DNA of 64,000 nucleotides. It comes from an uncultured Bacteroides sp. GTDB lineage: Bacteria > Bacteroidota > Bacteroidia > Bacteroidales > JACABE01. The DNA is taken from assembly GCA_964422385.1 (NCBI GenBank), contig CAYRBL010000001.1, forward strand, positions 19,999 through 83,998, read 5' to 3'. Positions 44,601 through 56,877 of the stretch are shown here, one piece after another; the first letter of the stretch is position 1, and each line of letters begins with the position of its first letter. Both the position numbers and the translations under genes were made by a program. The notes beneath the pieces were generated by a model, which saw only the letters and a program-made list of their open reading frames with translations, made no database searches and was not told where the DNA came from.

Positions 44601-47463
44601 AATTAAAGAAGATCCAAATACAAAAATTGCTATATTAAGCACAACCTCTGAATTGCCAGCAGCTTGGACTGCAGATTTCACTAAGTATGGAATTACTGAA
44701 GCCAATTATAAAGTGTATACACCTAATAATATACAGGGTGCTGAAGGGGATTACTTTATGTTTAATCTATCTGCAATCAATGAAAATTCAACAATAGCTT
44801 CTAAATTACGCTCATTATATACTTATGTAACAAGAGCAAAATATGGAACTGTTATTGTTAATGATGCTCCAAATGTTTTACCTTTCTCTTTATTAAGAGA
44901 GCGGGAAGAATATACTCAATGGATTACTCCACTAAGACCTGAAGTTGTAATGGAGAATAAAGCTCATAGAGTAGAAGTCTTAAAAGGTTTAATAGGTGAT
45001 TCAAAAATTGAAGATGATTACTTCAAATTTGAAACTCCAGGAGTAGTTGAGGATCCAGAGAATATTATACAAGATAACTTATTAACAGGTGATGCAGAAC
45101 CAGAGCCAGATATTAAGAATGCTAAAATCATAACTCAATTAGAAAATGGTAACAAACCTGATAATGGTAAATTTATGATTCATTCTTTCTATAATGACTT
45201 AAATGCACAAGTTGTTAAAAAAGGTAATGTATATGATATAGTTAAAAATCCAGGAAGTTTCTATGGTCTTGAAGCCTCAGGACTTTCAGAAAGTGAAAGA
45301 GATGCTTTAATTGATGAACATATAGCTCTAAAATACCATATCCTAAATAACAAAGGTCATTTAGAGGAATTTGCTGTTAACAATGAAACTGTAGCTAAAA
45401 ATGCGAAAGGTGAATTTGTAGTTAGAAAAAGTTCATTCAATGAAGATTATAACCAACCATATTTAAAATTATATGGTGATACAAGCAAAACTTTAAAGAA
45501 CGGTCAAGTATTTACTAATCTATTCTATAAAGTAAAAGCTAAATCTGGCAATGATGTATATGTACATTTAGCAACTTTCCCTACATTAGATACAGTAGAA
45601 AAAAGTATTGTAGGTGGAAAAACATCAAAAATGTATAAAGATTTCCAAAACTTTACATCTGGAACTAAAGAAGAATTTGTAATTGATAAAAATAAGTTTC
45701 AAGTACATACTTCAACTAGATTAGTTCCTTGGGAAAAAGCAGGAGCTGCAAGAAAGCAATTTACTTTGGAAGAGCTTTCTACATTACCAGGTATAAGATT
45801 TCTAGATATCACAAATGGTTCATTTAGTAAAGAACCTGTTTATCATTTATTTCCAAATGATGCAACTAATAAAGAAGCATTTAAAGAATATTATCGCAGA
45901 ACAACATTTGGCGAGCCTATTACTGAAGAAGATTTAGAGAAATTATTTGATAAATATAAAGGTAAGGTATTCGTTGCTTTATCGTTTATGGAGCAGGGCT
46001 TTAATAAAGGTACTAATAAAAATAGCCAAGTTCAATTAGTTGCACTGAAAAGTGGAACTCGGACATTAGATGAAGTTAGACAAATTATTACAGGTGGGAC
46101 TAAAGAACAGCCTAAGAGTATTCGTACAATGATTCTTGACAAAGGAAACATTGACGAAAAGAACTGGGCAGAAGCGAAGAAAAACTCCTTGTTTAATGCT
46201 AACCAAGTTTTAGATATGTTAATTGAGCTAGCAGTTAAAAATCCTGAGCTTTACAACTCATTAATAGTTGAGAATGAAAAGAAACTAAATACTTTAAGCG
46301 CAGATAAGACATTATCGTCTGATACTCAATTTAAAGAATTCTTACAAGAATATGATACTGTTGTCAAATCAGCAGTTAGTAAAATTGCAGGAAATAGTAT
46401 TATTGATAGAATTGCTTATGGTAATGAAGCTTTAAAATCTGTTTATAGATTAATAGGTAATAAAGTTGCAGAAGCCCAAAAAACTAAAAAACCACTAGAT
46501 AAAGCGCAATTAAGACAAGCTTTGATTAGTGATATTAAAGGTAATAGAGAAGGTAAATGATTCCATAATTTCTGGAATATATTTGAGTTACATACACAAT
46601 TAACCAGACTTTCAGAAAATCCAAAAACATTAGCTCCTATTAAAGAATTTGCAGATAATACTTTAGACACATTAAATGCTATCTTTAAATTATGAGATAC
46701 TGCTTTACAAAGTTCAGGTGGAGTTTATTATAACTTACCTATTCGTGGGCAAAAAGGTGTTAAAGGAGTATTCACAATTGACCAAGCTGCCAACGAAGAT
46801 AATCTTAAAAATTTATATATTGATATGGCTCCAGAGGGTCCTTATTTCTTATTTGAAACAGACTTCTCAGAACCAGCATCAGTAAGCTCTAAACCAGCAC
46901 CCACACCTCCAGCACCTAGCCCAGCGCCAGCGACAACGCCCGCTGCACCTACTGCTCCAGTTGTAACACAGACTGCAGGCGATCTTAAAGCAATGAATGC
47001 TGCACATCCAAATTATTCTCCTATTATGGATATTTCTACTTCAAATTTAAATAAACAAAAAGTAATAGCAGAAACATTAAGTGCCATTCAAAACCATTTA
47101 AATGACGCCACATCAGATGACGATTTCACATTAGTTACTAATTTAAAAAATGCATTTGAAAAGACTAAAACTCTTATTGATGAAAAAACAAACAAAGATG
47201 CTCACATGGTCTTAAATAAATTAATTGATCTGTTTAGTGCAGAACCAGCTGATTTAAGCCAAGAACATGTAGCTTTATTTAGAGAATTAACTCCAAATAA
47301 TGTGTATCAAATGTTGTTTAAAGATTCATTACAAGCCGGAGCTTTTGATTTGAATAATGCAAAAGATTTATTAGATAGCTATATTATGGATAACTTTATA
47401 ACAAATCCGAGTCTTTTAGGTACTCTTATGGGATTACCTGAAACATTCACAACTAAGTGCTAA
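38602..47463 (+). CDS. giant protein 1 (2953 aa with TGA=Trp) with hydrophobic N-terminal region, coiled coils and an embedded SF1 helicase-like ATPase core
   Basis: Merges 38602-38976, 39124-46560 and 46825-47463 (phase 1) through TGA 38974, 46558 and 46693, verified codon by codon. SF1 motifs in order: GDGGTGKTT (43831-43857), VVFIDEVTHF, GAGDTSQKG, IQGAEGDYFMF, YTYVTRAKYGTVIV (to approx 44862). Confidence 0.75.
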
Positions 47464-47468
47464 CACAT

Positions 47469-50400
47469 ATGATAACATGTACGATTGACATGCAAGGAAA
47501 GCTTTTAGATTTTCTAAAAAAGCTTAACTACAAAAAACCAGAAGATATTGTTGCTTTCTCAAAGTCTTTCTTAAAGATTGGCGAGATTGATTCAATAGAA
47601 ACTTTAATCAACACATTCACCACTAAAAAAGGTGAGTTAAAAAATTATTTATCAAATGCTGGCATAGTATTAGAAGCAGAAAAAGCAGGAGTCCCGAAAG
47701 AGACTCTTGCTGTTTCTAACATACATTCTAATTTTACTACGCCGGCTATTTCTACGTTATTTAATACCCTTCACGTTGCAGAGCAATATTTTGAACAGTC
47801 TTCAAATAATTTGATTATGTCAGCTGTGTATTTAGGAAATCCCGAAAGCGAGAGATACCCTTCCTCAAGTACAGAATTAAATAATAATATTAATACTTTA
47901 AAAAATAATTTATTTAAAACTATTGTTGATTATCTTATTGATAAAAATAAACTTAAAAGATCAGATTACTACGATACTAAGAAATGAGGAGAAGATACAA
48001 CAGAAGTATTCTCACAGAACTTATTTACAAGTAAAGGATTTAATAGACAAGTTTATGAAAGCCAATATAGAAAAGTAATAGATTTATTAGAAAAAGAGTT
48101 ATTAGGAAGAAGCGATGAAAATGCTATTATCCTACAAGCCACAGGACAAAAGATTCCTAACTTAAAAGGTAATATCTTAAATCCAACTGAAAGAAAGAAA
48201 TTTGATGCTTATAATGCAGCAATTATGTTGCTTAACTTTGACTCAATTATTTCAAGATCTTTTGGCGGAGTATTAGGAGTACATCAAGCAACATTTAATA
48301 GTTTTGAAAGCCCAGTTGATGGAGCTAAATACTTTAAAAAAGTTAAAGGTCTTGTTACAGAATTTTGGGCAAATGATAAATTAATGTCTGATGGCACTAA
48401 CCAAATTGAGGATAAGTTGACACATAAGCTTATCTCAATGATTCCTTATTATAATAAAAAAGGAATTTCTACTGGGCAGTTTTTGGAAATGCGTGATATA
48501 TATGGACTTGGATCATTATTACATACGTTTCAAACTCGAAATATTATTGCATTAAGTAAGATTCCAGGATGGGTAAGTTTAGAAGAAGACCCAGTTAAAT
48601 CCTTACAATGGTTTCTTAATAGTATTTCTGGAGCACATAAGGAAGACTTTAAAGGCCAATTGGCTAAAGAAGACAATCTTCCATCAATAAAATATGCCCC
48701 TTTTAAATATAAAATTGGGGTAATTAATTCACTAAGTAATTTTTTAAACACTATAGCTACTAAAGAAGCTAATTCTCCTGTATTCTCTATGGCGAGAATT
48801 ATTACTCAAGGTTTAGTAAATTCTATGGGTGCTACATATGCTACATATAATGCTGGCAAACAATCTATGAGTATGAAAGAAATGCATACTCATAATTCTG
48901 AACGTGTTCAGTTGCAAGAAGGTATTTATGCTCATATGAAAAATAACACAACAAATATTCAGAAGTTTAATTTAACTGATGAGCAAATTACTGAAAAGGT
49001 TCAAGAACCTAACGGTAATGGTACAAGAAAATTAATTCACACTTTATTAGGTATTAGTATTACTAATGAAGCTGCTCGTGAACTTGAACAAGATTGGACT
49101 AAGGATGCAAAAACGGATGAACAAAGAATTAAAAGTTTAACAACTGTTTTCAAATCAATTGTAGACCAAATGTTTCCAGCAAATCGTGGGAAAGAAAAAG
49201 CTTATGAAAGTAGTTTATTTAAGAAAGTTGTTGATAATGAAGCTAATGTAGATGCTTTGAATTTTGATGAAGTTACATCAAACAATGAAATCATTTCAGA
49301 TTTATCAAGTCTTTCAGCTGTACAGGATATTTTAGATGTTAAGTTAGATACGATGATTGTAAGAATCCTTACAACTATTTCTAAACAAGGTGGTGAGAAA
49401 ATTCCAACTTCTTTAATTCCAAGTTTAGGTCAAAATGACGTAGCCATCTTAACGGATAGAATGAAAATTGAGAATGATCCAAATTATACTGGAGAATATA
49501 AAAACTATTTCTTAAATGAAAAACATTTAGCAGGAACAGAATTTGGTAATCATTTATTAGGCACATCAATTAAACTTGAAGTATTAAATGGACAAGACCA
49601 AAAAGATGCGGCTAAATTAAATGTTATTGAAAACTTTGCAAGTCACTTTGAGTATGATTTCTTAGAATCATTTAAAACTGATACTGAAAGTGCTAATTTC
49701 ATGATTGGTAACTACTCTGATAAAGGCCGTATTATTGATAAGAGAATTAATAAATATGCTAAGTACAATGGAGACTTTATTATGGGTAAGAAATCTTCAG
49801 ATAAAGGTAAAATCCTTAATGCTGGAGAAGTTTGGAATTTAGCATATGAACAATCAGGTAAATACTATAATGATTTAACTACTAAAATAATTAATGATTA
49901 TAAAGTGGTTGCAGAGGGAGAACCTACGCTTAAAGCTTTAATGGGTAAAGGAACAAAAGTAGAAGTTCTTAATGGTATCGACCAATGGTTAGGTTCTATG
50001 GAATATAACCAATTCTTAAATACTATTAATAAGTATCAAGGAGCTCACTTTACTGAAGAGTTACATTATGCTAAGTACAATGTAAAAGTGGATGGAAAAA
50101 ATGTAATTAGACCATCTATTAATCAAACTTTAATGGATTATTACCAAATTCACAATAATCCTGATTTACATAAAGCATTTGTTGAAAATCAAAAAGAATC
50201 TTTTATTCATAAATATTTAGCACAGAATGGTAATCAAAATATCTTATTAACTTCTGATAAAGTAGATAACTTTAATAAAGTTAAAAAAGAAATAAATCCA
50301 AGTATATTTAAAAATGTAGTTGAATCTTTAGGATATAATTATAAGGGATATGCTGAAGATTTTGTTGACAAAGAAGGAAATCATTTACTTTATTCAGTTA

Positions 50401-53400
50401 AAGATGGTAATACAGTATTAAATCCTTTAGTGGATAAATGGTTAGCAAGTAATGAGTTTTTCAGAAATGAATACTTATATCTTACAGTTAAGCCAGAATA
50501 CATGCACCCTGCTAAGAAAATGTATCGTGCGGAGAAAGTTGACCCAAGCAATCATCCAGCTTTCTTAGAAGCATTTAATTCGGAATCTGGAATAAGACTT
50601 TCTGGTATGGCTAAACGTAACGTATCATTTACTGGTACAACTGAGTTACCTACTCGTAATGGACAATATAGTGTTCCTACACATGTAAATGTTGCTGTAA
50701 TTAATGACTATACTGATGAAGTATATAATATTGCTGGCGATAGAAAAGGCCAAGATATCCATGATGGTTCTTCTTGGTTAAATTATGTGTATGCTAAAAT
50801 GATTGAACATTCATATCAAGGTAAAGGATATTCTGGAACTAAGAAACAATTAGGTACATTCATTACTGAATTCGGTAGTGCCTTAAAGAAAGATGCTGAA
50901 CATATTATCACTAATGCAAAGATTAGAGATTCTAAAGATTCAGAAATTAAGTTCTTAAATAAACAAAAACAAATATTTAATCTTCCAATTGAAATCGACC
51001 AATTTGATTCTGGAACATTAACCTTAAATAATAAATTCTTTGCAGATGGTAAATATAATGCTATTACAAGTTATACTATTAAAGATAACTTAATGACATT
51101 AAATTTATCTCAATATAATAAAGCATCTGATTCATGGATTAAAGCTGAGTCTAAAACAGTTAAGTTAAATACTTTATTTGATGCTTGAAATGCTTTTGGA
51201 GCACAGTATTCTGTTGATGATGACTTCGGATTAAATGAAGGTTCTAATGAACAAGTATTTAATTTAGTTGTTAATTATAAACAAAATGAAACTTTCCCTC
51301 TAAAAGACAAAATGATACATATCGTATCAAATCAAAGTGCTTTTAAATCTGGAGCCACTAACGTACATCCTAAATCTTATTGGACTTCAGCAGATGATTT
51401 AAAATTTGCTACTCTAAAGAACAGACATATGGGGATTCAGTTAGATGCTGGACACGATATTACTAACTCTAAAATGAAAGAGGTAACTCAGTTAATTTCA
51501 GCGTTAGCACAAAATCCTGATACAGCTGATAAAGCAAATGAAATGTATGAAGCATTAAGTTCTATTATTAAGAAAGCTGCTGAAGATTCTTATGAGATTA
51601 GAGATATTGACCAAGCTCAATTAGAGAAAATTTATAAAGAATTATCTAATGATTTAGTTTCTCACTTATCTACTTCTACTCAAAATAAAGGTTTAGCTAG
51701 TACTATTGCAGAAACATTTGAATATGGAAAATCTTTACCATTCAGTAATCAAAACTTCTTTGGTGATTTCATCAAGAACTTAGTTACTAAAATGAACCAA
51801 GATTTTATCACAAGATATTATCCTGGTACAGGTGCTATTCTTGCTCCATCACACAAAATTGTTCAGCTAATTGAAAATGAAGCAGGACAATCATTTACTC
51901 AATCAGATCTTGCGGATTTAGCTATTCGTGATTACAATCAAGATAGTAGTAAATACTTTATTGCTGAGCCTAATGGTACGCTTAGATTTAACTTAACTCC
52001 TGATGAAATTGTTAGTGTTTATATCGCTGATAATTTTAAAGACAAAGAAGGTGTTTGGGCTGACCAATTACAAATAGGTGATTCTTATAGAGATGCTGAT
52101 GGAAAAGTAGTAACATTAAATACTTTAGACCAATATTATAACTTTAAGAAAGCTTTTGCTGATAAACAAGTTACTAAAGTATATAGCGCTCCAAGAGATT
52201 TAAAACCAATTGAAATTACATTTGAAGTTCCTATTGCACAAGCAGGTGAATGGACTCCAGAACAGAAAAAAGGTTTTAAAGATACTGCAATAGCAGATGG
52301 TAAGTTAATTACTACTTTAGCTAAAGAAACTGGAGCTAATACAATTGACGATGCTTTAGTAACTATAAGCTCTGCATTAAGTGATATACATACAACAAAA
52401 GCTAAATATAAAACTTTAGCTAAGTTACAAAATGATACTATTGCATTATCTCAGAAATTAGGTATAACTGATCATAATATTGATTTTGGGCAAGTACAAG
52501 AATTAATTGCCGAACAAGAGTTATCTCAATATGAAACTGCACCAGAAGCCAGTCGGAATGTTAGGATGAACTTATTTGATTTGGATTCAGTAAAATTAAA
52601 ATTCTTTGTTCCTGAAGTATTTAAAGGAACTCCTAAGGTACAAGATTGGCATAACATGGGAGACCGTGAATTGTTACAACAATTTGGAGAAGCGTTTGAA
52701 GCAACTGACGAGGCTGCAATTTCTAAACGACTTGGTGTTTGAACTCAACGTAATTTACAATTATTAAAAAGAGGAAGAATACTAAAACCAATTTCTGAAT
52801 TTGTTGATAAAGCTACAGGAGTAGTAGACTTTAAAACATACTTTGGTAATGATAAATTAACTAGCGTTATCTTTGACGATTATGCAAATCACTATATGAG
52901 TGATGCAGTATCTGTTCCGATAACTAATTATAATAAAAAAGCCGCAGAGTTAATCTTAGGCAATATTTACAAAGACACATTTAAAACAGGTAAAGATTCT
53001 TTAAGTCAAATTAGACTTGGAGGTACACAATACTTTAGAGATAAATTAAAAGATATTTATACTTTTGAAGAAGGTATTAAAGCTGATTTTAAAATTGCTA
53101 CTGGAGAAGGTGAACCTGATGTTTATGTGAAATTTGTAGAGAAGGGTAAATTACCTCCTGAAAATGTAAGAGATTTAAGAAATATAACTAATAAAACCTA
53201 TGACAGAAAAGGTGCTTTAATCAGAAATAGATTAAATACTAACGGTGATAAGTTATATGAGATACCAGCAAATGCAGTTATCGAAGCAACTAATAAAGGT
53301 TACGATATTATATATATTGAAGGTGGTAGATCTCTAACACTTAAGAAAGGTGGAGAAAAATCATATATCTTTGAAAAGGATAAAAACGTTAATAATGTAA

Positions 53401-56400
53401 TTAATAATTTACTAAGGTCATTTGATTCTGATATTAAAGGCATTGTTCCAGTAATGAATAATGTCTGAGAAGCAGAAAATACTAAACCAATAGATTTTAA
53501 TTACGAAACTTTGCGTAACTTTAAAAAATATTCAGGATTTATAGACGATAGAATGACGGCTTATGACCAAAACTTCCTAGAAAATAAGTTAGACCAAATC
53601 TTAGACCAAGTATCTAATCGAACTTATATATCATGGGAAAAATCACATGAGTTTGTTGTTGCTCGTATTCCTGCTCAATCTATGCAATCTTTCATGGAAA
53701 TGAAAAATGTAGGATATTTTGACACTGACTCAAATGAAGCATATGTATCTGTATGGCAAATCTTTATTCAAGGTTCCGACTTTGATATTGATAAGGCTTA
53801 TATTATGGGACATGGTTTTAATAAAGCTGGTCATTATGAAACTGCTAATGATATTTTCGATTTCCATAGTAAAGAAGCGTTAGATATTATTGAGCAAATG
53901 CCTATACCTAGTGATATAGAAATTAAAGAAGTTGAACCTGGCAAGAATATTACAGACATTTCAAATGAATTTACTCAATTTGTTAAAACAAATGGTTTAG
54001 ATAATTTCGAAGATACATCTAAATTCACACCAGAAACATTGCAATTAATTAGTAATGTATTAAATAAAATTCTAAAGAAAACTAACGTATCAATAAATTA
54101 TAAAGCAACTGAAGGAGAAACAATAACTCCAGAAATGCAAGTTGAATTTGATACTTATAAACAAGCTTTCTTAAATTTATTAAATAAATACAATACTTCT
54201 AAGAGATATGCTGATAAGAAATTCTCTATTCCAAACTCGGTTGTAGCTGGAATTAAACAGATTATTTCTTCACCAACAAATCAAATATTTGCAAATAAAC
54301 CAGTGGATATTGGTCCGTTACATGCTGGAGCTGATGCAGCTTTTAGATTGAAACAAGATAGAATTAAAACTTTAAGTGATGCATTGCTAGCTGAAGCTGT
54401 TGATAAAGAATTAACTGAAGAATACAAAAATACCATTGAAGCTATTTATAAACTTAACTTAGTTAATACTTCTAAAATTAAAACTGTAAAAGAAGGTGTT
54501 GCTGAAGCAAAACGTATTGATAAACTAAGAAATACTTTATCTGCACATGACGTTTTAAGTTTCTTCAAACAACAACAAGATGCTTCGGTTGGTAAGACTG
54601 ACGTAGGTATTGGAGCAAATGGTTTGAAAGTAATGTTCGCTTTAGCTAATTATTACAACGACTATTATAAATCTTTATATCATGAAGAAGCTACTGATAA
54701 CACAGGAGTTACTTTAGATATCTTAAAAGATAAAACAGGTAAACAAGTGGACTTTAATACTGATCCAAAATGGTTTAAGAAAACCTTTAATATGGGGGAA
54801 CCATTAGGAACTGTAATTAAAACTACAATTGCCGACGTAAATATAACACAAGACTTAATTGACCAAATTGTTTCAAACTACGGTTTGCATGATTTAGAAA
54901 GTCAATTACAAATTATCTTAGATGGAGAAGCCGCATTACATGCATCTGGTATGGTATCTGGTGCTACAGATAATGCGAAAGAGTTAATTATGGCTAAGAT
55001 TAATGCTATTGAAGATTTAACATCAATGCACTTGTATATGATGACTTTAGGGTTTACATCACAAGAAGTAGCGATGTATATGAACTCCGATTTAGCAACT
55101 CATTTAGTAGACAAAATTAATTCTACAAATATATTTGGAGGAAAAACTGATGTATTTATTGCATCAGAAATTCAAAAATATGCAAAAGAAAATCCATCTC
55201 AACAATCAGTTGCAGAGACATTTTTAGATATTTATGAGGGTAGTAAAGAAATGGCTAACCTAGCAGGTATTTTAAAAATTAATCAAAGAACTAGTGCAGA
55301 TATTGAAAGTTTATTCCTATACTTAAGTAAAATTAATAAAGCTATGTACTTAAGAGAAGATGATGTTCTTGGAAAAAGTTTAATAGGATTACAAAATGGA
55401 AAAGATATAAATAAACTAGTAAAAGAAATTCAAAAAGCTCATCCAAATACTTTATCAGAAGAATACATTAAAGATGTTTTACAAAGAGCTTCTGACATCG
55501 AAGTAGAATTTATTAACAGTAAAGGCTTAACTGAGAAGAAAAGAGTATCAATGATAGGAGGACAATTTGATGTTCGCTATTATGTTTATCCTGGAAAAAT
55601 AAACGATACTTATAGAAAATTAGCTACAGAATATTATAACTTATTTAAAAATACTATTAACGTATTTGACGTAATTGATAACTCTGTTCATTTTAAAGCA
55701 ATGATTGAAGGATTGAGTGCAACTCATAATAAATCGTTGATTACTTCTAAAAAGTATAATTTCATATTTAACACAGCAATAGATGTTATTCGTGAAAAAT
55801 CAGCAGCCTTATTCTTAAATAATAATAAAGAAAAAGGTGGAAATATTAAGACATTCTTAGGAAATCCTGCATTATTTATTGATACTTCTGAAAGGGAAGT
55901 TAATAGATTATTAAGAGGTTACGATGGCTTCTTAATTGGCCACTGGTTAAAACAAGAAGATACTAATCACTTTAAGTTTAATGTTAAAGCTTTATTAAAT
56001 CAAGCAGGAGAAAAGTCAATTGAAATGTTTACTGATAACTCAGCAAAAACAATTGCTTATGGAAAAACAAATCCTCATACTGTTAAGATAACTACAGACT
56101 CTGATGATTTCGTAGTAGATTTAACAACTGACTATGGTATTGCAAACTTTAAAAGAATAATGGAGAATTTAATTCTTCCTATTTTACAAAGTTCAAAAAA
56201 GTCAGGACTTGGAGAAATGTTTAGATTAAAATCTGTAAAAAATCCATTTGGTATTTATACTTCTCAAATTGTTTCAGTATTTGGATTAAGTTCCTTAGAC
56301 TCCGAAGTAAATCTTGCTAAGTATCAAGAAATCTTAAATCATTTCAATGAAGTAGACTACAAAGTTGAACATGAAAAACGGATTACCAATAACGATAATA

Positions 56401-56876
56401 AAATCATTCCTTATCAAGATTTATTATATATGTACAATTTAATTGTAAATAATGAAGCTTATGGGGATAATAGATTAACAGCCTTGCTACAAGACTATAT
56501 GAAAGATCCTACTTCAATTGCCTATAAATATTTGAACTATTCACGGGAAGTTGACTTAAGACATAAAGATATATTTGAAATAAATGTAGACCCAACTATT
56601 AAAAATGGTAATGAAAAAGTAACAGTATTAGACAAACTGCAAGACAGTCAAAAGAATGATATTGTATTCTTAGCATTACAGAATAAAGGGTTCTTAAATA
56701 TGAAACGTCTTAATGACCATAAAGTAAGAGGAATTAGCTTAGAGAATTCCGATTTCATTATTAATACATTTATGGATGTTACTGAAAATAAAGATATCAA
56801 AAAATACGAACAGTTCATGTCTCTACTATCATTAGTGAGAGACTCTAACTTACTAATACACTTTAAATGCGATTAA
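47469..56876 (+). CDS. giant protein 2 (approx 3135 aa with TGA=Trp): putative virion RNA polymerase with beta-prime-like DPBB catalytic motif
   Basis: Merges 47457-47987, 48225-51188, 51312-52742, 52896-53468 and 53511-56876 (phase 0) through TGA 47985, 51186, 52740 and 53466. VVARIPAQSMQSF...GSDFDIDKAYIMGH (DFDID at 53778-53792) resembles RNAP beta-prime NRaPtLHrlsiqaF...NADFDGDqMavH. Start taken as the first ATG (47469) after the upstream TAA; the track start at 47457 is GTG. Confidence 0.7.
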
Positions 56877-56877
56877 T

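Noticed and set aside
46870-46965. Locally GC-rich CCAGC/CCTCC-type repetitive stretch, considered as a DNA repeat or regulatory element
   Set aside because: It is in frame within giant protein 1 and encodes a Pro/Ala/Thr-rich interdomain linker (SKPAPTPPAPSPAPATTPAAPTAPV). A similar P/E/K linker occurs at about 35575-35640. This is a protein-level feature, not a nucleic-acid element.
47457-47468. GTG at 47457 (track start) as the start of giant protein 2, overlapping the stop of giant protein 1
   Set aside because: It is possible, but an in-frame ATG at 47469 lies just after the upstream TAA (47461-47463) and matches the stop-then-start pattern used throughout. The boundary remains uncertain by 4 codons.
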